The notes beneath the pieces were generated by a model, which was not told the DNA's origin, did no database searches, and worked only from the letters and a program-made list of their open reading frames with translations. A stretch of DNA of 64,000 nucleotides from Candidatus Krumholzibacteriota bacterium. GTDB lineage: Bacteria > Krumholzibacteriota > Krumholzibacteriia > LZORAL124-64-63. This document shows positions 50,887-61,073 of this stretch, in pieces. The position numbers and the translations under genes were made by a program. Each line of letters opens with the position of its first letter. Position 1 is the stretch's first letter. Where the stretch lies: assembly GCA_039714075.1 (NCBI GenBank), contig JBDLKA010000006.1:1-64000 (forward strand), given 5' to 3'.

Positions 50887-51765
50887 CTACTCCGCTTTCG
50901 GCCCAAGCTTGACGACCAGCGCCAGGGTAAAGATCGTATCCATCTTCTTCAACGGAGTGGTCACGTTTTCCCCGGTGGGAACCCCGGCCCCATCCAGCAG
51001 GGGAACCGTGGTCAGGGCCGGCTGGTTGCGCCACAACATCTGGAGCGCGGGCTTCAGCTGGAGGGTCTCGCTGATGGCGACGGGCAGGGAATTGTACCAG
51101 TCGAAGCGAAGGTCGTCCGAATTGTCCAGGTTCCAGTCGCCGACCAGGGTGCTCTCGAAATTCGTGGTGCCGGACAGCTGGAGCTTCAGGTCGTAACCGA
51201 AACGAAAGCCGGGAAAATCGGATTTCACGAAGGGGTTTTCCACCACGTCTTCCTGGAACGTGTAGGTCAGGGAATAAAAGGTCTTGAGTTTGAGCTTGTC
51301 GGTGTCTTTCCAGTTGTTGCCCGCGCCCAGGGCGATAAGGAACCGACTGTCGATCCCGGCAAAGCGATTGGCCAGCCAGTCGACACCCGAGTAGACGAAA
51401 AATTTCGGACTGATGGAATATTGATACCAACCCCGGGCAAAATATATTTCGGCGGTTTTGGTGGTGACCTTGTCTTCCAGAATCTGATAATCGGTGGGGG
51501 TGCCTTGCGCGGTCCGCGTGAGGAGCGAGGATTCGGTTTGTGTCGCGCCGCCGGTGAAGGTCAACTCGGACTGCGACCAAACACGACGCAGTTTGGCTCC
51601 CAGCCCCAAGGTGCTGGATTCCGAGTTGCCGGCCGTCATGACCTGGGCCAGTTCCGCATCCAGATACCATCCCGGAATTTCCTCGCCGGCCATTGCCGGG
51701 GCGGCGCCCGCCAGGATCGAAATCGTAACCATGGCTGCCAAAGAAACGCTCCGGAATCCATGCAT
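50887..51765 (-). CDS. DUF481-like outer-membrane beta-barrel protein
   Basis: Signal peptide, TAGNSES, alternating beta strands, NRFAGID; start uncertain. Confidence 0.75.
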   Translation of the reverse strand: MHGFRSVSLAAMVTISILAGAAPAMAGEEIPGWYLDAELAQVMTAGNSESSTLGLGAKLRRVWSQSELTFTGGATQTESSLLTRTAQGTPTDYQILEDKVTTKTAEIYFARGWYQYSISPKFFVYSGVDWLANRFAGIDSRFLIALGAGNNWKDTDKLKLKTFYSLTYTFQEDVVENPFVKSDFPGFRFGYDLKLQLSGTTNFESTLVGDWNLDNSDDLRFDWYNSLPVAISETLQLKPALQMLWRNQPALTTVPLLDGAGVPTGENVTTPLKKMDTIFTLALVVKLGPKAE

Positions 51766-52031
51766 TATCGTTGCCTCCATGTTGGGTGCTGAAACATCAA
51801 ATCGGGTTCGGTTACCTGACGGGGAATCCCAACCCCTCGGCGGGGTCCCCGGGACCTACCGACCCTTTGGACACTTGGATTGTTGCGAAAATACAAACTA
51901 TCAGGAATTGAAAAATGCGTCTCCTAAAAACTGACAAAACAATTAACCACCTGTAAACAAATAAGTTAAAAACGGAGTAAACCGGAGGGATAATCCCCTC
52001 GGAAAATAATGAAAAACGCCCTGTTTATTTC

Positions 52032-52101
52032 TTGACATCAACTGTTTAAATTAAAACATTTATCCCAAATCAACCGGTTGTGGATTAAGGGTTACCGGTT
52101 G
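52032..52101 (+). promoter_or_regulatory. hydrogenase promoter region with palindromic operators
   Basis: TTGACA 52032-52037; TGTTTAAATTAAAACA 52043-52058 (14/16 palindrome); CAACCGGTTG 52071-52080 with ACCGGTTG repeated at 52094-52101. Confidence 0.5.
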
Positions 52102-52151
52102 ACGCTCTTTCAGGAGTCGCCCACCGCGGCTCAACCTGGAGGGTCCTTTTC

Positions 52152-53174
52152 ATGGTCCAATTCTACCTTGAAGACGAACGGATTACCGAATTCGTCGCCC
52201 ACCTCATGAACCGTCATCCGGTTTACGCGCCGCACCGCAAGGGAGAGAAATCCTTTTCTTTCGAGCGTACGGAAAACGCGGCCGACGTGGTTCTGGATTA
52301 CCCGCGCACCATGCACTCGGTGAAGAAATTCTTCCTGCCGCCGCGCGAGGAACTGCTCAGCTTCGACCTCGAGGAAAACGATTTTCAGACAGCGGACATT
52401 CCAACCTCCGCGGCTGTCTTCCTCGGTGTCCATTCCTATGACCTGGCGGCGGTCGGCAGGCTGGACTACAACTTCACCGTCGGCAGTCCGGAACGGAACT
52501 ACCTGACGCGCCGGCAGGACGCCGTCTTCATCGGCGTTTCCTTCGAGCCGGACGCGTATCACTTCTCCGGCTCGGTCGGCATTCGCCCCGAGGACAGCAC
52601 CGGTTGCGACATCTTCTTGACCAGGCTGTTCGACGGGTACGTCCTGGAGGTTCTCACGCCCAAGGGCCAGGAGCTCTTGGAGGGACTGGACCTGCCGGCC
52701 CATGACGCGGGCAAACCGGTCACCGGCCATTTCCAGCAGCACATTTTCGTGCCGCAGGCCAAGTTGGGCGAGATCATGGAACGCAGCTACGACAATGCCG
52801 TCTGGGAAGAAACGGCGGAAAAATGCGTCGGCTGCGGCACGTGCAACCTGGTCTGCCCGACCTGCTACTGCTTCAACGTCGAGGAAAACGTGGACATCAC
52901 GGTGACCAAGGGCAGCCGCGAGCGCCACTGGGACGGCTGCATGCTGCGCAAGTTTTCCGAGGTTGCCGGCGGCGAGGTGTTCCGCGAATCGCTGGCCTCC
53001 CGGCAGCGGCACCGTGTGTTCCGGAAATTCAAGTACATCAGCGACCAGACGGGGCAGCCGTGGTGCGTGGGGTGCGGACGTTGCACCGCCTACTGCACCG
53101 CCGGCATCAGCATCGTCAGCATCGTCAACAGGCTCATCGGAGACTACGAACGCGCCGCCGTGGCGCCGGTATAG
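52152..53174 (+). CDS. hydB: group 3b [NiFe] hydrogenase beta subunit (4Fe-4S)
   Basis: CVGCGTCNLVCPTCYCF, WDGC, CVGCGRCTAYCTAGI. Confidence 0.9.
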   Translation: MVQFYLEDERITEFVAHLMNRHPVYAPHRKGEKSFSFERTENAADVVLDYPRTMHSVKKFFLPPREELLSFDLEENDFQTADIPTSAAVFLGVHSYDLAAVGRLDYNFTVGSPERNYLTRRQDAVFIGVSFEPDAYHFSGSVGIRPEDSTGCDIFLTRLFDGYVLEVLTPKGQELLEGLDLPAHDAGKPVTGHFQQHIFVPQAKLGEIMERSYDNAVWEETAEKCVGCGTCNLVCPTCYCFNVEENVDITVTKGSRERHWDGCMLRKFSEVAGGEVFRESLASRQRHRVFRKFKYISDQTGQPWCVGCGRCTAYCTAGISIVSIVNRLIGDYERAAVAPV

Positions 53175-53186
53175 GGGAGGTCGGAC

Positions 53187-54038
53187 ATGAATCTCAGCGA
53201 GTTGAAGACACCCGCCGAACTGGAAGACCTCTACCAGCCGGTGATGGCCCAGATCAAGGAAGTCAAAAGACTGTCGGCCATGGAGACCTACTACCGGGTC
53301 GAACTTCCCGGCGGCGAGGAACTGGGCCACGTGCCGGGCCAGTTCGTGGAACTGTCCATATTCGGCGTGGGCGAGGCGCCGTTTTCGGTCTCCTCGTCCC
53401 CCACGTTGAAGGGATCGTTCGAACTGGGGGTGCGGCGCGCGGGCATGTTGACCGACGTTCTGCTGCGCCAGCAGCCGGGCACGAAAATCGGCATCCGCGG
53501 GCCCTTCGGCAACGGCATCGACGTCGAGAAGTTCAAGGGCAAGGACGTGCTGATCGTCGCGGGCGGCATCGGACTGGTGCCCATGCGGTCTATGATCAAC
53601 TACGTCATCGACAACCGGGACCAGTTCGGCAAGCTGATCATCTGCTACGGCAGCAAGACCGATCAGGATCTGCTGTTCACCGACGAGCTGTCCCGGTGGG
53701 AAAAGGATCCCTCCATCGACTACCGCGTCACCGTGGACCAGGGCTCGGGTTCATGGCAGGGAAACACCGGCGTGATCACCACGTTGATTCCCGGCCTGGA
53801 CCTGGATCTGCCCAACACCGTGTGCTGCATCTGCGGACCGCCGGTCATGTACCGTTTCGTCCTGCTGTCGCTGAAGTCGAAAGGCCTGGCGGACGAGAAC
53901 ATCTACATGTCGCTCGAACGGCGCATGAAGTGCGGCGTGGGCAAGTGCGGGCACTGCCAGATCAATCATTCCTACGTCTGCCAGGACGGTCCGGTCTACC
54001 ACTACCCAGACATCAAGTCGTTGCAGGAGGCGTTGTGA
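53187..54038 (+). CDS. hydG: group 3b hydrogenase gamma subunit (FAD/NAD(P)-binding, 2Fe-2S)
   Basis: PGQF, GEAPFS, RGPFGNG, AGGIG, CGPPVM, MKCGVGKCGHC..CQDGPV. Confidence 0.92.
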   Translation: MNLSELKTPAELEDLYQPVMAQIKEVKRLSAMETYYRVELPGGEELGHVPGQFVELSIFGVGEAPFSVSSSPTLKGSFELGVRRAGMLTDVLLRQQPGTKIGIRGPFGNGIDVEKFKGKDVLIVAGGIGLVPMRSMINYVIDNRDQFGKLIICYGSKTDQDLLFTDELSRWEKDPSIDYRVTVDQGSGSWQGNTGVITTLIPGLDLDLPNTVCCICGPPVMYRFVLLSLKSKGLADENIYMSLERRMKCGVGKCGHCQINHSYVCQDGPVYHYPDIKSLQEAL

Positions 54039-54787
54039 TGGCCGACAAACCCCGTGTCGCGATTTTCGACTTCACCGGCTGCGAAGGCTGCGAGCTGAAC
54101 CAGCTGAACTTCGAGGACCAGCTGCTGGACATCCTGGCCCACGTCGACATCGTCGAGTGGCGCGAGGCCATGGACGGCCAGGTGGACGAATATGACATCG
54201 CCTTTGTCGAGGGTTCGCTCTCGACGCCCGACTGCATCAACCGGATCAACGAGGTGCGCCGCAAGGCCAAGGTCCTGGTCGCCCTCGGCGCCTGCGCGGT
54301 GCAGGGCGGGGTCAACGGCATGAAGAACACCCGGCCCATTGAGGAGGTGCGCCAGGAGGTCTACGGGGACCAGAAATACCTGTTCCCGACCCTGCCGGCG
54401 CTGCCGCTGTCGTCGGTGGTCAAGGTGGACTACAACGTGCGCGGCTGCCCCATGACCCAGGTCGAATTCCTGAAGGTCTTCACCTCCCTGGTCATGGGCA
54501 AGGAGCCCATCGAGCCGGACCATTCGGTCTGCGTGGATTGCAAGCTCAAGGAAAACGAGTGCGTCTACGAGAAGGGCATGATTTGCCTGGGCCCGGTGAC
54601 CCGCGCCGGCTGCGAGGCCCAGTGCCCCAGCGTCGGACAGTACTGCACCGGCTGCCGGGGTCTGGTCACCGAGCCCAATCTCAAGGGCATGGAAGACATC
54701 CTGGTCGAACACGGCCTGAGCGTGGACGAGGCCTGGAAACGGCTCGAACTCTACAACGCCAACCATCTGGAGGGGGTGCGCCCATGA
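54038..54787 (+). CDS. hydD: group 3b hydrogenase delta (small) subunit
   Basis: CEGC, GACA, GCP, VCVDCK, CLGPVTRAGC, CTGCRG. Confidence 0.92.
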   Translation: MADKPRVAIFDFTGCEGCELNQLNFEDQLLDILAHVDIVEWREAMDGQVDEYDIAFVEGSLSTPDCINRINEVRRKAKVLVALGACAVQGGVNGMKNTRPIEEVRQEVYGDQKYLFPTLPALPLSSVVKVDYNVRGCPMTQVEFLKVFTSLVMGKEPIEPDHSVCVDCKLKENECVYEKGMICLGPVTRAGCEAQCPSVGQYCTGCRGLVTEPNLKGMEDILVEHGLSVDEAWKRLELYNANHLEGVRP

Positions 54788-56112
54788 GTTCCGTAACAAG
54801 TGCGGAAAGCGGCACCAACCTGGACATCAAGGTCAAGCACCTGACCCGGGTCGAGGGGCACGGCAATATCGTGGTCAACATGAAGGAAGGGGTGCTGGAG
54901 AAGGCGCAGCTCGAGATCGTCGAGGCGCCCCGGTACTTCGAGGCCATGCTCAAGGGACGCAGCTTCCATGAGGCGGCGATCATCACCTCGCGGATCTGCG
55001 GCATCTGTTCTCTGGGCCACCAGATCACCTCGCTGAAGGCCACCGAGCAGGCGCTGGGCCTGGAGGTCAGCGAGCAGACGGTCCTGTTGCGCAAGCTGCT
55101 GATCCACGGGGCCACGCTGCAGTCCAACATCCTGCACGCCTACTTCCTGGCCGCGCCGGATTTCCTGAAGGTGGGTTCGGTGTTCCCGCTGGTGGGCACG
55201 CATCCCGAGGTGGTGGTCCGGGCGCTCAGGATGAAGCGGCTGGCCAACGACATCGGCGACGTCGTCAGCGGCCGCGCCGTGCACCCGATCACTCCGGTGC
55301 CCGGTGGATTCACGCGCATCCCGACGGCGGGCGAGCTGAAGGAACTCAAACGCCGCCTGGAAGAGGACATGTATCCCGACCTGCTGGCCACGGTGGAAAC
55401 GCTGAAGGCGCTGGCCGGGGCCATCCCGCGGTTCGAACGGGAAACCGAGTACATCTCGCTGCGCAGCGATGATGATTACGCCCTGTACGACGGTGACATC
55501 TGCAGCACCGACACCGGCCGGGTGCCGGACAGCGAGTACCTGAAGATGACCAACGAGTTCGTGGTGCCCCACAGCACCAGCAAACACGCCAAGGTCGGCC
55601 GGTCCAGCTACATGGTCGGCGCCCTGGCCCGCTGGAACAACAACCACGACCGCCTGTGCGAACTGGCGCATACCGCCGCGGGCGCGCTGGGCCTCAAACC
55701 GGGCTGCTGCAACCCGTACATGAACACGATCGCCCAGGTGGTCGAAGCCGCCCATTGCGCCATCGACTCCATTGCGATCATCGACCAGTTGCTGGACGCC
55801 GGCTTGAAGGATGAAAAGCCCAACCAGGAACCGACGGTTTACGGGACGGGCGTGGGTGCGACGGAGGTGCCGCGCGGCATTCTGTACCACGAGTACACCT
55901 ACGACCGGGCCGGCAGGATCACGGCCGCCAACTGCATCATCCCGACGGGTCAGAACCTGGCCAACGTCGACGACGACATGAAAAAGCTGGTGCCGGAGAT
56001 CATCGACAAGTCGAAGGAGGAGATTACGCTCCATCTGGAGATGCTGGTCAGGGCCTACGACCCCTGCATCAGCTGTTCGGTGCACATGCTGGACGTGGAC
56101 TTCATCGAGTAG
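54784..56112 (+). CDS. hydA: group 3b [NiFe] hydrogenase alpha (large) subunit
   Basis: RVEGHG, L1 RICGIC, EVPRG, L2 DPCISCSVH plus cleavable C-terminal extension. Confidence 0.95.
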   Translation: MSSVTSAESGTNLDIKVKHLTRVEGHGNIVVNMKEGVLEKAQLEIVEAPRYFEAMLKGRSFHEAAIITSRICGICSLGHQITSLKATEQALGLEVSEQTVLLRKLLIHGATLQSNILHAYFLAAPDFLKVGSVFPLVGTHPEVVVRALRMKRLANDIGDVVSGRAVHPITPVPGGFTRIPTAGELKELKRRLEEDMYPDLLATVETLKALAGAIPRFERETEYISLRSDDDYALYDGDICSTDTGRVPDSEYLKMTNEFVVPHSTSKHAKVGRSSYMVGALARWNNNHDRLCELAHTAAGALGLKPGCCNPYMNTIAQVVEAAHCAIDSIAIIDQLLDAGLKDEKPNQEPTVYGTGVGATEVPRGILYHEYTYDRAGRITAANCIIPTGQNLANVDDDMKKLVPEIIDKSKEEITLHLEMLVRAYDPCISCSVHMLDVDFIE

Positions 56113-56121
56113 GCGGGAACC

Positions 56122-56574
56122 ATGAAGATCTTCGCGGTGGGCAATTCCTTCTTCGGGGACGACGGGGTCGGGGCCGCCGTGCTGGAAAGGATCCGGCGGG
56201 AGGACGTCTTTCCGGGCGCCGACCTGATCGACGTCCATACCGATGCCCTGGCCCTGCTCGACCACCTGAGCCGCGGGGAAATGAACGTGGTGGTGGATGC
56301 GGCGGAGATGGGCCTCGAGCCCGGCGCCGCGATCGGTTTCCGGCCGAGCGAAGTCCGGCTGAAGATCAATTCGGACCATCTGTCCATGCACGGGTTCGGC
56401 CTGGCCGAGGCTTTCGACCTGGCCGCCCAGCTGGACCGGATGCCGGACGACGTCCTGATCGTGGGCGTGGAACCGGAGCGTGTCCAAATCAATCAGGGGT
56501 TGTCCGCCGTCGTCAGCGATGCGGTGCCCCGAGTCATTTCCATCATTCAAGCGGAGGTTCAGTCAAATGGCTGA
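56122..56574 (+). CDS. hydrogenase maturation protease
   Basis: GNSFFGDDGVG, VVDA, SMHG. Confidence 0.92.
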   Translation: MKIFAVGNSFFGDDGVGAAVLERIRREDVFPGADLIDVHTDALALLDHLSRGEMNVVVDAAEMGLEPGAAIGFRPSEVRLKINSDHLSMHGFGLAEAFDLAAQLDRMPDDVLIVGVEPERVQINQGLSAVVSDAVPRVISIIQAEVQSNG

Positions 56575-56962
56575 AAAAACCATCCTGGTAATAGACGACG
56601 ACATCGATCTGGTGGAGATCATCCGGGTGACGCTGGAAAACCAGGGCTTCAAGGTGATCGACGCCCAGACCGGCGAACGCGGCCTGGCCATGGCAAAGGA
56701 ACAGCGGCCCGACCTGATCCTGCTGGACGTCATGATGGGCAAGGTTGACGAAGGATTCCATGTGGCGTATGAGTTGCGGAGCGACGATACGACAGCCGAG
56801 ACGCCCATCCTGATGCTGACCGCGGTGACCGACCAGACAGGGTTCGATTTCGACCCGGGCAGGGACAAGGATTTCCTGCCGGTGAACGAGTTCCTGGCCA
56901 AGCCGGTCAGTCCCCGCATGCTGGTGGATATGGTGCGCAAGCATTTGCCGACGAGTGTGTGA
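56567..56962 (+). CDS. single-domain response regulator
   Basis: VIDDD, LLDVMM, MLTAV, LAKP. Confidence 0.92.
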   Translation: MAEKTILVIDDDIDLVEIIRVTLENQGFKVIDAQTGERGLAMAKEQRPDLILLDVMMGKVDEGFHVAYELRSDDTTAETPILMLTAVTDQTGFDFDPGRDKDFLPVNEFLAKPVSPRMLVDMVRKHLPTSV

Positions 56963-58332
56963 GGTGTGATCTGCGAAGCCCGAATGAACCCATAGCGCCC
57001 GGTTCCTCCCAGTTCGTATCGGCGGTTTCGCTGCGCCTGCGGCTGGACTGGTTCAACAAGCTGCGCTGGGGAGCGGCCCTCGGGATCATGGTCCTGGTGT
57101 TTGTCGCCGGCGTGGTGCTCGAGGCGGACATAGAGGTGCGGGGCCTGCTGTTGACCGGTGCGGTCCTGTTGCTGTTGAACACCATCTACGTGATCCGCAG
57201 CCGGCGCTTCCCGGCGGTGGAAATCACGCGGGAGCTGCGCCTGGTCAAGGTCCAGATGGTCTGTGATCTGGTCGCGCTGACCATCATGCTGAACCTGTCC
57301 GGCGGGGTGGAAAACCCCCTTCTTTTCATCTACATCATCCACGTGATCATCGCCAGCCTGCTGTTCAAGGGGCGGGAAATCTTCCAGATCGCCTGGCTCG
57401 CCATCTTCCTGTTCACGGCCGAGGTCTTCGGCGAGTTTTTCGATCTGTTTCCCCACCATCACCTGCCGACCGCCGGTGAAATGTCCCATGAACTTCCCTT
57501 CATCCTGATGACCCTGGGCTCGTTCTGGCTGGTGATCCTGTTCAGCGCCTATGTCGGGGCCCTGATCATGAAGCACAACCGGTCCATCAAGGATGAACTG
57601 GTCGTCCGGCAAAAGGTGTTGTTGTCCGAAGACCGGGCCAAGACCGACTTCTTCCGTTACGTTACCCACGAAATAAAAAGCCCGGTGAATACCGCGCAAA
57701 GCGGAGTGGAAACCGCCCTCGATCTGGGAGGCGACTCCCTGGCTCCCTCGATCCGGGACGTCCTCGGCCGGGCGGTCAGCCGGCTCCAGCAGGCCACCAG
57801 AATCGTCCAGGATCTGGCGGACCTGACCCGCGGGGGTGTTCTCAAGGAGGAAAACCTGGCCGCGGTCGATTTAAACAAGCTGATCACCACCGCGGTCGAC
57901 GCCCAGGGTGAGGTGGCGGTCCGCAGCGGTCTGAAAATCGACCTGGCGCTTCCGGACCGGCCGGTGGTCCTGACCACGGTTCCTCCCATGGTCGAAACCG
58001 TGGTCGCCAACCTGGTGAACAACGCCTTTCGCTACAGCCACGACGGCGGCCGGGTTTGGGTAAGGGTCGTGGACCTGGGCAAGAGGGTGAGCCTGGTGGT
58101 GGAGGACGAGGGTATCGGAATCTCGGAGGAAGACCTCGACCTGATATTCGAAGAGTTCTTCCGCTCCACCTCGGCGCGGGACAAATCGAATCTGGGCACC
58201 GGCCTGGGCCTGCCCATCGTCAGGAAGTTCGTGGAGGAATTGGGGGGCTCCATCGAGGTGGAGAGCAAGGAAGGCACGGGATCGCTCTTCACGGTGACTC
58301 TGCCGCGGCGATCCCGGAAAAAGAGGAAATGA
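56959..58332 (+). CDS. intramembrane-sensing histidine kinase
   Basis: About six TMs with SGGVENP; THEIKSP, DEGIGI, GTGLGL. Confidence 0.92.
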   Translation: MRCDLRSPNEPIAPGSSQFVSAVSLRLRLDWFNKLRWGAALGIMVLVFVAGVVLEADIEVRGLLLTGAVLLLLNTIYVIRSRRFPAVEITRELRLVKVQMVCDLVALTIMLNLSGGVENPLLFIYIIHVIIASLLFKGREIFQIAWLAIFLFTAEVFGEFFDLFPHHHLPTAGEMSHELPFILMTLGSFWLVILFSAYVGALIMKHNRSIKDELVVRQKVLLSEDRAKTDFFRYVTHEIKSPVNTAQSGVETALDLGGDSLAPSIRDVLGRAVSRLQQATRIVQDLADLTRGGVLKEENLAAVDLNKLITTAVDAQGEVAVRSGLKIDLALPDRPVVLTTVPPMVETVVANLVNNAFRYSHDGGRVWVRVVDLGKRVSLVVEDEGIGISEEDLDLIFEEFFRSTSARDKSNLGTGLGLPIVRKFVEELGGSIEVESKEGTGSLFTVTLPRRSRKKRK

Positions 58333-58387
58333 GACGACTCAGCCCGGAGAACATGAAATGCCGGACAAGATAAATTGCGGAGGATTG

Positions 58388-58837
58388 ATGGAACGGGGCG
58401 ACCTGTGCCTGGTCGAGGTGCTCGGTTTCGATTGGCGGCCGGGCCAGGCCTGCGGCATCCTGGGAAAATTCGGTCAGGCGGGGATCTCGTTGTCCTATCT
58501 CAGCATCGGCAACGGGCCCGAAGGGGACAAGAACATGTCCTTCTGCCTGAGCACCACGAAGCTGGCCGACCACCGGCACCTGCTGGACGAGGTCCAGGCG
58601 GAATACAACCCCACCAAGATCGAAGCCCGCGCGCCCATGGTCATCCTGACTCTCTACGGGCCACATTTCCTGGAAAAGCATAATCTGGCCAGCGAGGTGT
58701 TTTCGGCCCTGTGCGTGGACGGTATCAACGCCCACACGGTGTGCTCGTCGGTCAACAGTATTTCGGTGGTGGTCGATACGCTGGACCGGGACCGCACGGT
58801 GGCGTGCCTCGGGCAGAGGTTTTCCTGGCCGGAATAA
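58388..58837 (+). CDS. tandem ACT-domain protein (aspartokinase regulatory-like, no kinase domain)
   Basis: PGQACGILGKFGQAGI; LYGPHF..LASEVFSAL..GIN...SVNSISVVV. Confidence 0.75.
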   Translation: MERGDLCLVEVLGFDWRPGQACGILGKFGQAGISLSYLSIGNGPEGDKNMSFCLSTTKLADHRHLLDEVQAEYNPTKIEARAPMVILTLYGPHFLEKHNLASEVFSALCVDGINAHTVCSSVNSISVVVDTLDRDRTVACLGQRFSWPE

Positions 58838-58838
58838 C

Positions 58839-60326
58839 TCAGTTCAACAGCCAGGTGGTGGCCAGGCGCAGTTCGGGGATCCGCTCGTTGACGTCGTCGA
58901 GGCCCTCGAGGTGGTAGTTCCGCCGGGAATTGATCAGCCGGTATTCCAGACCCAGGCCCAGGTTGAAGCGGATGGGAAGCTCCATCCGGACGAACGATTC
59001 ACCCAGGAAGTGGTCGGCGTCGTTGCCGTTGACGGTGTGGATCCAGCTATGGGTGTGGCCGACGTGCAGATAGTGCCAGCCGTTCCGGCCGATCCTGGCC
59101 GCCAGGTCCACGCCGGCGCCCGGTCCGTAGTCGTAGGTCCGGCCCGAAGTGCTGCGGTAATCCGACTTGTTGGCCCCCAGGATGATGGCGTTCGTGTGAA
59201 GCTCGGTCCTTATTTCCAGCCCGGAGTCCGTTTCGAACCGGGACATGAGGCCCGCTCCCAGGCTCTGGGCGCCGAACTCGACCTTGGAGTTGTTGAGGTA
59301 GTCGTAGCGGAGGAAGCCGGCCAGGATGTGCGAGGACGGATCGGTCTCCTTCAGGAAGGTTCCGGCCAGCATGCCGTTGACTTCCACCCGCCCGACCAGC
59401 TTGACGTCGGCGAAGTTCAACTGCAGGTCCATGTCGAAGGAGTCGAAGGGCTGGTCCATGTCCCCGAAAAACATGTCTCCGTATTCGAAGTCGAACTTCA
59501 TGTAGACCCGGGTCGTATCGGTTTGCCACAGCTGGTCGTCGGCGACGGTGCGGAAACCGATATCCATCTGGGAACTGTAGTTGGCGGGGAAACGGTCCGG
59601 GCTGTTCGCGTAGACCCGGCCCCAGTCGCCGTCGAGGATACGGTTCAACCCTCCCATGGGGTTGATCAGCATCCCACCGACTTCGCGCCAGTTGCGCGAG
59701 CTGCCGGTGGCGGTGTTGTCGCGGACGGTCATGGACAACCGGTGGAGCATTTCACCCAGGGTGACGCCGCCCACGCTGGTGGCGATCCAGTCGTTCATCG
59801 AGGGGTGGTGGACCTCGAAGAAGAATTCCCACAGGTAGCTGCCGGCAAAAGTGAAGGGCACCGACTCCCAGAAGGTGTAGCCGTTGCCGCGGGCGGCGTT
59901 GAAGTACTGGCTGCCGTGGTAGGGATGGTCGATCTGGTTGGTCGAGAAGTTGTTGTCGTCCCACTCGAAACCGTTGGCGAGATTTTCCGACATGGAGTTG
60001 AAGCCGATGCGGAAACCGGGATTGGTGCCCCCCTCCCGGATATAACGGTCGTAGAACCAGATCAGGGCGTTCAGTCCCACGACCTCCACGGCGGCCCGGG
60101 TGAAGTTTTTCTTCACGATGATGGAGGTATCGGTGAGCGCCGAACGGTTGGTCTTGTCCCAGTCGATGGGCTTGGGTTCGTTGGCGTCCCATTTCTCGGG
60201 GGGCAGGGTGCCCTGCGCCTGGTCGGGATTGCGCACGGGGTCCGTCTGGGCGGCACACGGAGCCGCCAGACCCGCCAACAGGGTCACCGAAACCAGGAAT
60301 ATCAGGTTGATCAGTTTGACTTTCAT
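58839..60326 (-). CDS. DUF3943-type outer-membrane protein
   Basis: WDDNNFSTNQIDHPYHGSQYFNAAR, LWEFF, PSMND, LGE; C-terminal beta strands. Confidence 0.82.
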   Translation of the reverse strand: MKVKLINLIFLVSVTLLAGLAAPCAAQTDPVRNPDQAQGTLPPEKWDANEPKPIDWDKTNRSALTDTSIIVKKNFTRAAVEVVGLNALIWFYDRYIREGGTNPGFRIGFNSMSENLANGFEWDDNNFSTNQIDHPYHGSQYFNAARGNGYTFWESVPFTFAGSYLWEFFFEVHHPSMNDWIATSVGGVTLGEMLHRLSMTVRDNTATGSSRNWREVGGMLINPMGGLNRILDGDWGRVYANSPDRFPANYSSQMDIGFRTVADDQLWQTDTTRVYMKFDFEYGDMFFGDMDQPFDSFDMDLQLNFADVKLVGRVEVNGMLAGTFLKETDPSSHILAGFLRYDYLNNSKVEFGAQSLGAGLMSRFETDSGLEIRTELHTNAIILGANKSDYRSTSGRTYDYGPGAGVDLAARIGRNGWHYLHVGHTHSWIHTVNGNDADHFLGESFVRMELPIRFNLGLGLEYRLINSRRNYHLEGLDDVNERIPELRLATTWLLN

Positions 60327-60419
60327 TTCTTTCCGCGGGTGGAAGGGTCCGTACTTTGGGCGCAATCCTAGGCCAAAATCGTATTTGCCGCTACTGAAAG
60401 CTTGGGTTAGGATGTGCCC

Positions 60420-61073
60420 ATGTCGAATTCCCGAAAAACCAGCAATCTCTTTATGGTGTTGGCTCTTACAGTCATGGTCCTGTGCCTGTCGGCAGGCCCG
60501 GCCACCGCGCGGAAGACCCATGTCCGTGACGGATGGCTGGTCGGCCTATCCTACGGCTACAGCCAGGGCCACATAAGCTGGTCCGGTGAGCCGCAGGGTT
60601 CCTACAAGGGAGGGGCCATTCCCCAGATCCGATTTGGCCGCATGGTCAGCAGCAAACTGGCCCTGGGTTTGGAATACCACGGCTGGATGCTGGAACAGGG
60701 GATCGTGCCGGTGAAGATCCGCAGCAGTCTGCAGAGCGCCACCCTGGCGGCCACCTGGTATCCCGGCGGGGCCGGCTCGGCCTGGGAGGGGTTCTACCTC
60801 CGGGGAGGCGCGGGTTACGCCTGGGCTGGATTATCCTTCGTCGAGATCGATGAAGAACCCCCGGAACACGTGCCCCTGGAGCAGGAACACGGCACGCGCT
60901 ACGATGAATCGGGTCTGGGGCTCAATGTCCAGATGGGCTACGAATTCCGGGTCAGCCGGAGTTTCGCGGGGGGGATCGGCATGGGTTTCGATTACCTGTC
61001 GATCGACAAGACCATCTACAAGTCGTCCTACTATTTCCCCGTCACCCTGACCGCGGTCTGGTACTGGGACTGA
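60420..61073 (+). CDS. outer-membrane beta-barrel protein
   Basis: Signal peptide; GFYLRGGAG, QMGYEF; aromatic C-terminus WYWD. Confidence 0.78.
   Translation: MSNSRKTSNLFMVLALTVMVLCLSAGPATARKTHVRDGWLVGLSYGYSQGHISWSGEPQGSYKGGAIPQIRFGRMVSSKLALGLEYHGWMLEQGIVPVKIRSSLQSATLAATWYPGGAGSAWEGFYLRGGAGYAWAGLSFVEIDEEPPEHVPLEQEHGTRYDESGLGLNVQMGYEFRVSRSFAGGIGMGFDYLSIDKTIYKSSYYFPVTLTAVWYWD

Noticed and set aside
56050..56090. Possible selenocysteine ([NiFeSe]) hydrogenase
   Set aside because: The L2 motif is encoded with ordinary Cys codons (DPCISC); there is no in-frame TGA
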